NCBI GenBank assembly: GCA_965205865.1
Contig: CBDBHR010000030.1
Location: 288,001-352,000, forward strand
Reading direction: 5' to 3'
Source of the DNA: a bacterium
Lineage (GTDB): Bacteria; SAR324; NAC60-12
DNA: 64,000 bases
Below the pieces are notes generated by a model. That model did no database searches. It saw only the letters and a list, made by a program, of their open reading frames with translations, and was not told the origin of the DNA. Position numbers and translations under genes: made by a program. The first letter of the stretch is position 1. Each line of letters opens with the position of its first letter. Shown here piece after piece: positions 21,185-32,516 of this stretch.

Positions 21185-21466
21185 TTATTCAGTGTTCACT
21201 TGAATGCGAGCGTATAACTTTCTAAACTCTCGTGAGCTCATAATTTCATATCGTTTGAATATTCGACTGAAATATCCGGGATCCGTGTAACCCACTTCTT
21301 CCGAAATTTGATCGATATTGTCAGATCGATCCAAAAGCAGATTACGAGCATACATCAAGCGTGTGGTGTGGATCGCGTCGGTTATCGTTTTTCCAAAAAC
21401 CTGCTTAAATATTCATCCTAAATGATCCGGATTACAAAGTAAACTTGCGGCAACGTCAGAGGCATT
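21185..21466 (-). pseudogene. AraC-family HTH C-terminal remnant
   Basis: DVAASLLCNPDHLG*IFKQVFG...EEVGYTDPGYFSRIFKR. In-frame TGA and 5' end replaced by an IS remnant. Confidence 0.75.
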
Positions 21467-22304
21467 CAGGGTTTTATGAAAATGGGTGTTGATATACTTT
21501 GGACAAGAAGGAGATCTGCCAGTACACGGAGTTTAAGAGCAAGCAGGGGACATGGAAGAAGGCTCGTCGCACGATCTACAGCCGCTTGATTGAACACGAT
21601 AGCCAACTCTCTTTGCCGGGTTTGGATCATGATGGCGTGATCATTACGAACCTTGGTATGGGAGAGGCCATTGATGGCCAACTCAGCCAAGCCGCTGAAG
21701 AAAAGCGCATCGATGCTCATAGCATCCTTGGCTCGTACCACGGACGGGGAAAGGATGAACTGGCCAACCGGGCGCTGAAAAACTTTGGTCATCAACAACT
21801 ACCCTTCAAGAACTTCATTTCCAATGCCGCATGGTACTATCTGATGCTGCTTGGCAACAACCTCTTCGAAGCCTTCAAAGAAGATGTCAGCAAGCCAGTG
21901 ATTGCGGTAACGATGTATGCTGATACCTTCCGGCGCCAGTTTCTTGATACGGCAGGCAAACTGGTTCGTCATGCCGGAAAACTGATCTTGAAAATACCCA
22001 AAACGACCTTTGAGCGCTTGCAATTGGACCAACTATTTGCCACCTGCCAGCATGCATAGGCGCTAATCTGATCAACGGGTTTCGCTTCAATTAAAAAACA
22101 AAAACATTAAAGTTTAAGGGGATGAGTGCGTCCATGACATGAGAAACGAAGACTTTCCACATCTGAAAACAGCATATTGATGCTCATTCTCACTCAAACA
22201 TCCATGGATTTGATGATCAAAATCTGATTTCAGAATGATTGCCTTTCTCAGACAAAAAAATCATCTTGAAAATCTGATCCTTTTTTAGAATCGCTCAATT
22301 TAGG
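21465..22304 (+). mobile_element. IS1380-family remnant (3' part of transposase 21499-22059 plus right end)
   Basis: YHGRGKDE, NAAWYYLMLLGNNL, FRRQFLDTAGKLVRHAG. The element appears to end at ...gctcaatttagg. Confidence 0.7.
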
Positions 22305-22434
22305 GTTTCATAAATTCTGATAAATGCCTCAGAAAAATTGAAGGAGGTATCGGATTTTCAACCCTTTGGTGAGATGAGTATCGCAGGGATTTACTGGGGG
22401 GAAGGACGGCTGTCAGAGAAAAAAAGGGGCGTAT

Positions 22435-22779
22435 TTATGGAGTAAACCATTTTGCAAGCATGTTGTAGAGACGTTGTAGGCGGTCTTGATCAATATTCCC
22501 AAGCTCGGCTTTAAATCGCTGCTGACTGACCGTAAGGAGTCTATCCAGGCGAATGACGCTGGTAATCTTTAATCGTGATGTTGGAAAATCGGAGTCATCT
22601 TTATTGATTATTTCTCCAAAACCCTCAATATGCTGGTGAATCTGAGAAGACACCATGCATACCAACCAATCATCAAATCTGCTTGGGGTTTCTTTCAGTA
22701 ATAAAACCGGACGGATTGAAAAGGTCTGCAAATCTGCCTGGGGGAAATTGAGGAGGATTATAGTACCTGGAGTAATCAT
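22435..22779 (-). CDS. PemK/MazF-family toxin
   Basis: GTIILLNFPQADL...RPVLLL...SVIRLDRLLTV. Confidence 0.8.
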   Translation of the reverse strand: MITPGTIILLNFPQADLQTFSIRPVLLLKETPSRFDDWLVCMVSSQIHQHIEGFGEIINKDDSDFPTSRLKITSVIRLDRLLTVSQQRFKAELGNIDQDRLQRLYNMLAKWFTP

Positions 22780-22991
22780 CGGTACACTTCTTTTGCGTCT
22801 TCTAAAGTATATTGGATCTCATCCGCTATATCCATTCCCTTTTGTGCCTCAAGCATGGCCAGTTGTTCAAAATTAGTATCTTCCTCTAATGCTTCTTGTA
22901 GTAAGGTGCTGGCGAAATCATCAATATCAGCAACTCTTTCAAGCTGTGGTCTTAACCTATCGTCGAGTGTTGCAGTAATATGCACTTTCAT
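22776..22991 (-). CDS. Putative antitoxin
   Basis: 71 aa acidic protein with a 4-bp ATGA overlap to the toxin. Confidence 0.65.
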   Translation of the reverse strand: MKVHITATLDDRLRPQLERVADIDDFASTLLQEALEEDTNFEQLAMLEAQKGMDIADEIQYTLEDAKEVYR

Positions 22992-23039
22992 GGCATCCCG
23001 CTTTCTTGTTAGCTGTATTGATCGGTGGCATATAATAGG

Positions 23040-23609
23040 TCAGTCTTTATTAGTATACCGATTTGAAGGGAGAGCACAAATCAGAAAGAGGGCTATCTTT
23101 TTGAGTGAGGTGCTTTTTATAGGGTCCAATATCGTCAATACCAGGCAGTTTGCAACAACGATGGTATAATATAAAAATTCCTTTTGCCGTTCTAGGATTC
23201 TATTCATCGAGAGGGCTACTTCAACAGAACCAAGCCTCGAAACGAGCATCATTATCGGTTTTTTGGCAATAATATGAGGTTCTTGGATTTCCTTACCTAC
23301 AAAGTAGGTTAGATTGGTTTCATCTAAAATGGAAACAGAAACAACATTGAGCCCTTTCTGGTATTCCCCTCGGGCCGATCTCATCATTGCAAAGTTTTTA
23401 TCGATGGAGGCTGGCGCAGCGATTCTAGCCAGATTTTCCGCGGTTTGATCGGCCTCTTCTTGTAAAATACGGACTTCTCTTTTAGTCATAATTAAAAAAT
23501 TTATTGACCCCATCCCCAAGGCAACGATGACGACAATCGGCATGAGACCGAGAAGAAAATCTCGACCGATGGAGCGCGTTAAAAATATATCGAGGATGGC
23601 ATTTTTCAT
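23040..23609 (-). pseudogene. Truncated membrane sensor (TM-periplasmic-TM, histidine kinase-like N-terminus)
   Basis: Two hydrophobic segments flank a ~100 aa soluble part (LGSVEVALS). The ORF runs into the TA leader with no output domain. Confidence 0.45.
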
Positions 23610-23871
23610 TTTTTTGCTAGAGTGATCCGCCTTCGCCGAAGAACACGGGCTACCCCGTGGAGGAGTGCCTAAAATTTTTGTGCGACGGGGGATTGATCCG
23701 CATTCCCTTTATTGAGGAAAGAGCGTAGAGAAAACCCCATTGTGTGTCAAGAATAAATAGAGTTGACCCGCTAGACATTCTTTTCCAGTTATTTGAGATA
23801 GTATATATTATTTGCTGCCTCTAAGGTAGGTCACGATCTTTTCTTATTTCACGTTGCCAAATGGCATCCAG

Positions 23872-24133
23872 TTACAAGCGATTCACAAGCTTGTTATAGG
23901 CTTCATGACTGCCAATCCAGAACCATGCCATGTACTCTTCTTTATGTAGGCCGAGTGCACGCCAACCTAAACCAACCCGAACTGAATAAATGTTGTTACG
24001 GATATTTTTGTACTAGAGAGGGGTGCTGGGAATCCTGTTTCCACAGTTCATAGGTTTTCTTCGCCTGCTCCTGAATATGCTGGGGAAGGCTGGCATATAG
24101 TTTCCGAAAAGCAGGCCTTGTCTTTGATTTCAC
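23872..24133 (-). pseudogene. RelE/HigB-like toxin, frameshifted
   Basis: MKSKTRPAFRKLYASLP...QHPSL / YSVRVGLGWRALG...WFWIGSHEAYNKL. Frameshift near 24012; GTG start overlaps the antitoxin stop. Confidence 0.75.
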
Positions 24134-24357
24134 TTCCAGAGGTTTTCAAGAGGTTCAGTCGAGTCTTCATGTATCGACTGTTCTGCTTCTGCGGCAAGTT
24201 GGTCCAACACTTCAGGAGATTCTGCAAAACTCTGAGCCCATTGCACCTCGTCAAGAATATCCGAGAAATGTTCCAGAAGATTTTGAGCAAGCGATTCCTG
24301 CTCGGCTTCTGGCAATTCTGCGACTTTTTTGACGACTTGTTCTAGTGTTTTGGTCAT
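24130..24357 (-). CDS. Putative antitoxin
   Basis: MTKTLEQVVKKVAELPEAEQESLA...WAQSFAESPEVLDQLAAEA, coupled to the toxin. Confidence 0.7.
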   Translation of the reverse strand: MTKTLEQVVKKVAELPEAEQESLAQNLLEHFSDILDEVQWAQSFAESPEVLDQLAAEAEQSIHEDSTEPLENLWK

Positions 24358-24556
24358 GGTATCCCTCTTTCTTGTTAGGTGTATTGATCGGTGGCATATA
24401 AGGGATCAGTCTTTATTAGCATACTAATTTGAAGATGGTCTCCCTCTTGAGTGTTGTTATCCTGAAAACCGGGGAAACGCACCGGAAAACGAAGAGTTCA
24501 TTATTTATTAGAGTTGGTTCGCTATCTTCACCTCAATTGGAAGAGGTAGGAAAAAT

Positions 24557-25027
24557 TTAGACTGTCCAATATTCGTGTTGGAATTGCTGGTTGATTTCGA
24601 CAAGTGTTGGATAGATTTGGTCAAGACTGACGAGAATTGCACTTTCAGTGATAGCGGTACTGGCAAGCATAAGGTCTATGTTATACCGCCGCATGTTTTA
24701 TGGAGTGATATGACGTGTTTGTTTCAATTTTCCTTTCAATTCTGCGTATAAGGAAGAGGAGTTTTGACGTAATGGAAAAACAACAAATCCTTGTGAAATT
24801 TGATTGATGATATGTCTGATAATGGGCTTTTTTTCGTCAGAAGCAAGAAAATAACTATATTCAAGCTCATAGAAATTGAGAACTGAAACCGTCAGGACAT
24901 CTTCTTCTGAGAGTTCAGTGATTTTCTTGAGAATAGATTTTGTTATTGGGTCCTGCGGGTTTCCATATAAAAAACTAATGGAATCTGTGGGAACATCGGT
25001 GAGTGCTTTGTGGGTGACGGAATTCAT
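24557..25027 (-). pseudogene. PIN-domain toxin with premature stop
   Basis: VSVLNFYELEYS, then in frame after TAA 24698-24700: YNIDLMLASTAITESAILVSLD. The N-terminus is damaged. Confidence 0.7.
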
Positions 25028-25032
25028 GTGCT

Positions 25033-25338
25033 TTATGTCGAAATGGACCAGGTCGAGATGCTCAAGAATCCCCTAGAAAGCGTAATTGCTTGAGCCTCGC
25101 ATATTTCAACACAGTCTCCGCTTTGCAGGCATTTATTCTGATCATGAAGAATTTCGAAACCCCTTAGTTGCGAGTGAGGGGTGGAACACCACAAACACCT
25201 TAATGGACATCCCTTCATGTAGACCAGCGTTCGAATTCCTGGACCATCATGCATCGCATATCGTTGCATGTTGATCACGGTGCCCTTTAACTCTTCGGCC
25301 GGCCCACCTTTGGCATAAAAAAACTTGGGGTTCCTCAT
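25033..25338 (-). pseudogene. Glycyl-radical enzyme activating enzyme, N-terminal fragment
   Basis: HDGPGIRTLVYMKGCPLRCLWCSTP radical-SAM motif plus the start of a ferredoxin insert; truncated. Confidence 0.8.
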
Positions 25339-25564
25339 AAAGATCTCTCACATCCGTTAAAAAATTCTCAATTAAGTACCTAGACAAAATTATTCCATGA
25401 TTTTGAATGAAGATTTGTAAGTATATCTTACATTCATGATGATTGTGTCATATTGTGTCATACTGGACTTGATCCGGTATCCAGGGGGCTTTAATTGATT
25501 CCCTGGATTCCCGGGCAAGCCAGGAATGACAAAACAAAATACCAGTTTAATTTTGTCCTATTAC

Positions 25565-27283
25565 TTAATGGTCGGTTCGGTCTATAATATCTTGCTGGGT
25601 TTTTTCTCCAAGCCCCGTGAAAAAGGCGCTGTAACCTGTAACGCGGACTTCAAGATCCAGGTGTTCTTCAGGGCTTTCAACGGCTGCCTTGAGGGTATCG
25701 AAATCTGTCAGGGAAACACCGAGATGCTGTCCTCCCAGATCGAAGAAGGTTTCTGCCAAAGCCATAAACCGTTCCGGGTCCAGCTTTCCCACTAAGCGGA
25801 GATTCAAGCCACTTGCCACGGTGCGCCAGTAAGGAATACCGCTTTTCCTCAAAGCCCAGCTGATTGATTGCCGTCAGAGAATCGGCAACGGTGGCCATTC
25901 CCATAACAAAGATGGATGTTCGTAGGATAGCGCATCCCACCTTGAGAAATATCCAGGCATTTTTCCAGGGAATCATGCATCAAGACCGAATCAAAATGAA
26001 ATATTTCCAGGGGCTCCAACTTTATCTGATGCTCTTCGGTCGCGCCGGGATATTTACCTGGAAAGGGACCTCCCGCTTTACCCGCCAATGTATTCTTGTG
26101 CGCATGGGCGACTCCAACCTCGGCCAGAAGACGGAAATTGCTCAGGATGTCCTCCATAGAGCTAATCTGATCCAAGGGGATTATTCCTTCGACTGGTTGG
26201 ACTTTTGAATGGTTGTGACCACTTTCAAAAAGTCCGGTGTAGCTGTCTTCAACCGCTTGGCCGTCGTTCAAAGCAGCCAGGAGCCATGTTGGCAGGACGT
26301 GCCAGTTCTCACCACCAGTTATAAAGACTGACATGAAGCCCGGAAGGTCAATACGGTTACAGGCGGTAAAGCTGTAATTACAAGCGTCTTCCTTGCTGAT
26401 CTTGGGAAAAAAGGTCTCAAAAGCATTTAAAATTTGGCTTTCATTCCAAAGCTGAATCTGTTGCGCGCATGTCTTCATTGCTGTGGCGACGGCTAATTTA
26501 AATTCAGCAGGGCTTTGGGAATCTATTCTGATGTTTATTTCCGGCTTGCGCATCTTGACCAAAGGGGCGGCCTCTAGGAACAAATAGGAAAGCTCATTTT
26601 CCATGGAATCCCCATTTTCAGAGCGTCCGCCAAGCGTAATGTATATATGTGACGCTACGCTGGGAACCGGTTTGATATCACTCTTACCGACGATCTCGTT
26701 TGTTTTAATGTAGAGATGCGCCAGCAGCAATTTCACTTCATCCCGATCAAGAACTCCCTGCTTGAGGTCTGCTTGATAGTAGGGGAAGAGATACTAATCC
26801 ATGCGGCCAAAGGCAAAATCCCGTGCTCCGAGAATGCAACCGAAAACCAAATTGACCAGACAGATCCCTTGCAGGGCCTCGAAAAAGTTCCTTGCGGGAC
26901 GTCCAGGGACATGCTCCAGCGCATCAGCGATGCGGAGGAGATGCTGCTGATATTGAGGATCATCGACTGATTCTGATTTCTGTCGGGCCGCTGCGGCGTA
27001 ACGTTTGGCAAATCTGTCTACGGCCTGACAGCATCGTTCAGCGTTAGCGGCGAAACGAAGGGCCTGCTCCGTGTCAAGATCGTCTGCATTTTTCTTGACC
27101 TCCTCGGCAATGCTCAAAAGGCCTTTCTTCAGCATTAAAGGCCAATCCAAGGTGGTATGTCCCGCAATGAAAAAAGGCCGCGCTTGACAATAAACCCCTG
27201 CGACTTGAAATGCTCGATTTCTGCTTTTGATAATTTGACTTGGTTGGCCCCTTCGAGACGGTCTTCATAAGGTATGGGTTCAT
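25565..27283 (-). pseudogene. Glycyl radical enzyme (PFL-like), multiple frameshifts
   Basis: Pieces PARNFFEALQ, FGRMD, ITLGG...ENELSYLFLEA, GMATVADSL and C-terminal LEVRVTGYSAFF lie in different frames. The 5' boundary is approximate. Confidence 0.8.
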
Positions 27284-27515
27284 GGGGTGTGAGGGGCGCT
27301 TTCTTAAATTTTTAAGTTGTGGATTGGATGAGTTTCAATCTTTCCCCCGTAATCAGCTGGTGGGGGATCGCTTACTTTTTCTATCACTTCAGCTTGTCCG
27401 GAGCGAGTCGTCTCTTGGTAATTGATGGGTGGGTAGGAAAATTTACGGTCTTCCATTGGGTTGTCTTTGCCTTGAAATCAGTCATGAGTATCCCTTTCTA
27501 ATTTTTATGAATTTT

Positions 27516-28448
27516 TTAACCTTTTTTCCCTTTGAATCCTCCATAGCGCCCGCCACCGCCTCTCAGGCTGGGGTCAAGCAGGTCTCTGAGCGCGTCTCCG
27601 AACATGTTGGTGCCCCAGACGACGATGAACAGGGAAAACCCGGGCCAGAGCGCCAGCGCCGGCACCCTCTCCATGTAGCGGCGTCCTTCCCAACTGAGCA
27701 TCCCTCCCCAGCTGGCGACATCAGGGGGCAGCCCAAGACCGAGGAAGCTCAGGGAGGCCTCGGCAATGATCACGTCGCCAATGGTCACGGTGAAGATGAC
27801 GATCATGGGCGCCATGATGTTGGGCAGCACATGCCGGAAGAGGATTTGGCGCGTGGGGACGCCCACGGCCCTGGCTGCCAGAAAATACACATTTTCCTTG
27901 ATGCCGATGACAGCGCTTCGCGCGATTCTCGAACCGCTGATGCCGCCGACAATGCCCAGCACCAGGATGATCTGCAGCTGCCCCTGTCCGACCAGCGACA
28001 TCACTGTGATCAGAATGAGCAGCCCCGGGAAGGCCATCCAGGCGTCCACAAACCGCTGCACCACCATGTCGAACTTGCCGCCGAAGAACCCGGTCGTCGC
28101 GCCGATCAGCAGCGCGACCACCAGGTTGATGCTGGTTGCGGAGAGGCCAATGATCACCGAAATGCGTGCCCCATGGATGATTCGGCTGAGGATGTCTCGC
28201 CCCAGCTGGTCGGCACCCAGCGGGTATTGCCAGGAAGGCGGGGCATACCTGTCCAGCAGGTGAATCTCGTTCATCCCGTAGGGGGCCAGCATATCGGCGA
28301 AGATGCCGCAGAAAAGCAGCAGCAGCACGATGATGCCGCCCACGGTGCCCAGCGGCTGTTCGCGGACAAGCCTCCGGATGAATTCTACTAAGCGCGAGCG
28401 CCTTTTTCGCTCCACCAGGGGAGTTGCTCTCTCTGTTATTTCCGTCAT
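27516..28448 (-). CDS. dppC: Peptide/nickel ABC permease (DppC type)
   Basis: [29 protein letters not shown]. Confidence 0.9.
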   Translation of the reverse strand: MTEITERATPLVERKRRSRLVEFIRRLVREQPLGTVGGIIVLLLLFCGIFADMLAPYGMNEIHLLDRYAPPSWQYPLGADQLGRDILSRIIHGARISVIIGLSATSINLVVALLIGATTGFFGGKFDMVVQRFVDAWMAFPGLLILITVMSLVGQGQLQIILVLGIVGGISGSRIARSAVIGIKENVYFLAARAVGVPTRQILFRHVLPNIMAPMIVIFTVTIGDVIIAEASLSFLGLGLPPDVASWGGMLSWEGRRYMERVPALALWPGFSLFIVVWGTNMFGDALRDLLDPSLRGGGGRYGGFKGKKG

Positions 28449-28462
28449 GGTTTTTCTGTTTC

Positions 28463-29419
28463 TTAGCGGTAGCGCACCCTGGGATCAAGGTAGGCGTAGG
28501 TCAGGTCGATCAGGAGATTGATGAGCACCACGGCAGTTGCGATAAACAGGTTAATGCCAGAGACAATGGGGTAGTCTCGCTTTGAAATGGAGTCCAGCAG
28601 GAGACTGCCTAAGCCGGGGAGGACAAAGATCTGCTCGATGATGACCGAACCCCCGATGAGGATGGGCAGCTGAAAGCCGACGATGGTCACCACCGGAATG
28701 AGGGCATTCTTCAAGACATGCCGCATCACGACGATCTTCTCCTCGAGTCCCTTCGACCAGGCAGTCCGGATGTAGTCCTGCCGCAGCACCTCCAGGGCCA
28801 TGGTGCGTATCATGCGCATGGTGGTTCCCGAAAGGACCGATCCCAGGATCGCGGCTGGGAGGAGAAACATTCCCAGATTCCCGAGCGGGTCCTCCGTGAA
28901 AGGAATCAGTTCCATCGAGGGGGACCACCCCCACCAGATAGCGGGGTAAAGCATGACCATGGTCGCTGTCCAGAAGGTCGGGACTGAGATGAAGGTCACG
29001 GCGATGCCGCGCCCAGCGTAATCGCTGATGGTATTCTGGCGAATGGCCGAGTAGATGCCGATCGGCAGCGATATCAGCAGTCCGATCATAACGGCAAACA
29101 CTCCCAGCTCAAACGTCACCGGCAACCTGGCTAATATCTTCGGGGTAATAGGTAGCTCTCCCCTGAGTGTCGTCCCCAGGTCGCCTTGAAGGACTCCTCC
29201 AATCCAACGAGCATACTGGACATGTACCGGCAGATCCAGCCCGAGCTTATGCCTGATGAGTTCACGGTCCACGGAGGTGCTCGACGCCGCGGGCATTTCG
29301 GACACCATAGCGTCGATAACATCACCGGGGATCATGCGAACGACAGCAAAGACGATGATAGTCACCAGAAACAGGGTGGGGACTAATAGCAGTATTCTTC
29401 TGATGATGTAGGTGCGCAT
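28463..29419 (-). CDS. dppB: Peptide/nickel ABC permease (DppB type)
   Basis: RLPVTFEL, QDYIRTAWSKG, YAYLDPRVRY. Confidence 0.9.
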   Translation of the reverse strand: MRTYIIRRILLLVPTLFLVTIIVFAVVRMIPGDVIDAMVSEMPAASSTSVDRELIRHKLGLDLPVHVQYARWIGGVLQGDLGTTLRGELPITPKILARLPVTFELGVFAVMIGLLISLPIGIYSAIRQNTISDYAGRGIAVTFISVPTFWTATMVMLYPAIWWGWSPSMELIPFTEDPLGNLGMFLLPAAILGSVLSGTTMRMIRTMALEVLRQDYIRTAWSKGLEEKIVVMRHVLKNALIPVVTIVGFQLPILIGGSVIIEQIFVLPGLGSLLLDSISKRDYPIVSGINLFIATAVVLINLLIDLTYAYLDPRVRYR

Positions 29420-30533
29420 ATTATGGATTCATCTGCATCGACAACACCCCCTCGACACGAAGGAGCTGAGGGACTAAGCCCCCAGCACCCTCTTTGTATC
29501 AGGTCAGCTTAAGGCGTGAACCCCTAGTGCCCCATCGATTCCTTCAGCTCCTGGTCAACCCAGAGCCGGGAATAGATGGTATGGTTCTGGCCGCCTCCTA
29601 TGGTATACTCACCGTTGTAACCTCCGAGCCACGGCTGGCTAAAGTGATACACAGGCGATCGCGGACCCCATACTTCCCACTGCTTCTTTATGTAGTACAT
29701 ATCGGCCTTTCTCACCAGCCTCTGCATCTCCTCGTAGGTGGAGGCGCTTTCGGCGGCTTCCACGATGGCGTCATACTCAGGGTCCTGGACCCCGGACAAG
29801 TTCCAGTTTTCATTCGAGTAAGCCATGATTCGTATGTATACGAGGGCGTTATAATCGGTGCCCCTTTCTCCCAGGGCCATACCTTCATAAGTATGGGCAT
29901 TCCAATGAGAGCTCAGAGTCGGCACGTTGGTCAGGTTAATCTCGACATCGACGCCAATCTTCGCCCAGTAGTCCTTAGCTACTTGTGTATACTCTGGATC
30001 CCCACGAGTGTCATCAATGAGGAGGGTGGTCTTGAATCTAGTGCCGTCAGCGCCGCGCGGATACCCAGCCTCATCAAGCAGCTTCTCGGCCCTTTCCGGG
30101 TCATAGCCATAGTTTGCCTTGACCTCTTCCGGCCACTCCTCAAATGGGACGTAGAACCCGATGACGCCTCTCCCAACCATCCCCATCGGTTTCGTCACTC
30201 CCAAACCATCATAGAGGCTCTGGTTGATTGTCTCTATGTCTATTGCCAACTGCATCGCCTGACGCACCCGGATGTCACTAAAGGGCGGCTTGCGCACATC
30301 CATGGCATAAGAAGTTTTCGATTTACCGTATATGCTGTGTGTCATCACGAGTTCAGGGTTGGTCCGCTGGAGGCTCTCTGCGTCGTCTATGCTTAAATCC
30401 CTCACCAGAGTAAGCTTACCGGTCCGTAGTGCCGCCAGTCGTGTCGCTAAATCTGGCATGAATAACATCTTGATCTCGTCAGCGTAGGGCAGGCGGTTCC
30501 CCGGGAACTTCTCATCGTCTTTCCAGTAGTTAG

Positions 30534-32516
30534 AAAAATACTCCTAAATGACATTTCTTCAATTTCACAGGAAAATTTGTTTGATACAGTTTCAGATGGC
30601 CAGAATCAGCAAAAAAGATTTTTGATAAGTTTTAAAATCTTCCGATAGGTGAATACCATTAAATATCATGAGTTTCTAATTTCAGCCAAGCACTATAGAC
30701 CCTCTCGAAAATAGTAAATATAACCGATTGGATTCTATTTGATTCTCTATGATTCAATATGACGAGAAAACGATTTATTTTTGTTTTTTATTCGCCCACA
30801 GCACAGTTTTTATAGGGAAAAAATCTTTTTTGGACATACTTTCCTCGCCCCTGCTCATATTTCACACTCCCCCATTGAATATTCAGGCCGCTTGTTTGAG
30901 TTGTCTTTTTTTCAACTCAATCATTTTGCAAAAATTATAGGTTAATGCTTTTTCCAGCAACTCTGCCCGAACGTTTTCAATCCCTCTGCGCATAACTTGT
31001 CCGAAATGGAAACGATGCTTAAGATGAAACATCAACGACTCTGCAGCAGATCTTCCATTTCGTGATTCCAAATAGATTTCACTTTCCCATTCTTCAATCG
31101 GGGTCATCTTTTTTCCCTTTGCCCCACTAATACTAAAAACCTTAACGCCTTTGCCCATCCACTTTTCTCTGATCGCCTGATTGGCATATCCATCATCAAG
31201 GCTCACTTCAGAGGGAATGGTGATGGTGCATCTCAAATGTTCAACAAGGGCAGGGTCGAGTTGCCCTGAATCAGCAGCATTGCCCTCCGGAGTAATTAAC
31301 ACGGAAATAAAACCATTTCCGCTCCTTCCTAATTGAGGCTTATATCCGATAAGCGCTTCTCGATCTCCCTTTTGAATATAAGCCGAACTCTGATCGGAAA
31401 GACTCAATACTTTCTCAGTAGAAGGAACCTTCTTTTCTTCAAAAACTCTTTGATGACAGTAGATGATTACCCGTTGCAAATTAGAAATATCTTCATTCAT
31501 CATTTCAATGAGGCGAATCAAACGCGTTTTCCGAGAAGGGGGGAGAAGAGCTTTTTGGGCACGGATATCCACCTTTGCCATTTCTTTTAAAAATTTCCCA
31601 TGAGCGCTTTGAGCTTTCTTCAATAGGGTTTTGTAATGTTTTTTTCGCTTCGTTTTACTGTCCTTTTTACCTGTCTCAAAAGCAATCATCTTAGAGAGCT
31701 TATTCATCTCCTTGATGAGGAAATCAAAATTTCTTTCACTGATCTCAGCGATTCCAAATGTATCAAGGGAACGCCCTCGATGGTAGCTTCGCTCCACGAG
31801 ACGAGTCAATATCGACGAATCAGTAGGCCAAGCTGTATTTCCTTTTACAGAGGTGCTATCCAGTTTTAAAATATCAAAATCGTCCAACTCTTCATTGAGA
31901 ACCATTCGAATTTGAGCATCGAAAATAAACTGTCTGGTCTCGTTGCTGACAGCATTGACATTATCAAGGATTGTACTCGCTCCCGGCATTTTCAATCCAC
32001 GGTTGAGCAGAAGCAGATGCAGTGTGATTGACTCTGAAAGAAATATTTGGGCCGTTTGGGATTTGATACTTCCTAAGTATCCCCGAATCATCATAAAAAG
32101 GTAGACTAAAAAAGCCGACATCCGAGGACACCCTATTTCCAGCCTCAGTTCTTCCGGCTTCAATTCCTCATCTTCTACGGGAAGATGAGGAAGCCATGGA
32201 TTCCGGGCTTCCTGCCATCGTTTATCCTCTAAACGCTCTTTCTTTTTATTTCTTGCGTATTTCTCCAAATCCTGTTCAATTTTGTCCAATATCTCCGGCT
32301 CTCGCTCAGACAATTGATCAAGTTCTGATAAGAAATTTTCAAATTCTGTATCAGGAGCGCTTAAAAAAAGATGTTTTTCTGCTCGAATGAATGGTTTCAT
32401 TTTGGGTGCCATAATTCTTAATATTGAAGTTATTCACAGTTATTTCAATGAATTATGGCACTTTTTAACCTCAAGTTAAAGATATAATTCTAAAAAATAC
32501 CTTTTCGGCTAGGATC
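30534..32516 (-). mobile_element. IS element (ISNCY/IS5-like DDE), ~1.98 kb
   Basis: AT-rich insertion flanked by direct repeat TAGTTAG (30527-30533 and 32517-32523). Confidence 0.85.
30883..32412 (-). CDS. Transposase (ISNCY-like)
   Basis: 509 aa; KLDSTSV, EKVLSLSD, GNAADS, SLDDGY, RSAAES DDE-type motifs. Confidence 0.8.
   Translation of the reverse strand: MAPKMKPFIRAEKHLFLSAPDTEFENFLSELDQLSEREPEILDKIEQDLEKYARNKKKERLEDKRWQEARNPWLPHLPVEDEELKPEELRLEIGCPRMSAFLVYLFMMIRGYLGSIKSQTAQIFLSESITLHLLLLNRGLKMPGASTILDNVNAVSNETRQFIFDAQIRMVLNEELDDFDILKLDSTSVKGNTAWPTDSSILTRLVERSYHRGRSLDTFGIAEISERNFDFLIKEMNKLSKMIAFETGKKDSKTKRKKHYKTLLKKAQSAHGKFLKEMAKVDIRAQKALLPPSRKTRLIRLIEMMNEDISNLQRVIIYCHQRVFEEKKVPSTEKVLSLSDQSSAYIQKGDREALIGYKPQLGRSGNGFISVLITPEGNAADSGQLDPALVEHLRCTITIPSEVSLDDGYANQAIREKWMGKGVKVFSISGAKGKKMTPIEEWESEIYLESRNGRSAAESLMFHLKHRFHFGQVMRRGIENVRAELLEKALTYNFCKMIELKKRQLKQAA

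Noticed and set aside
21410-21418. Selenocysteine or recoded TGA in the AraC fragment
   Set aside because: The position is normally Arg (CGA to TGA), and the gene is truncated anyway.
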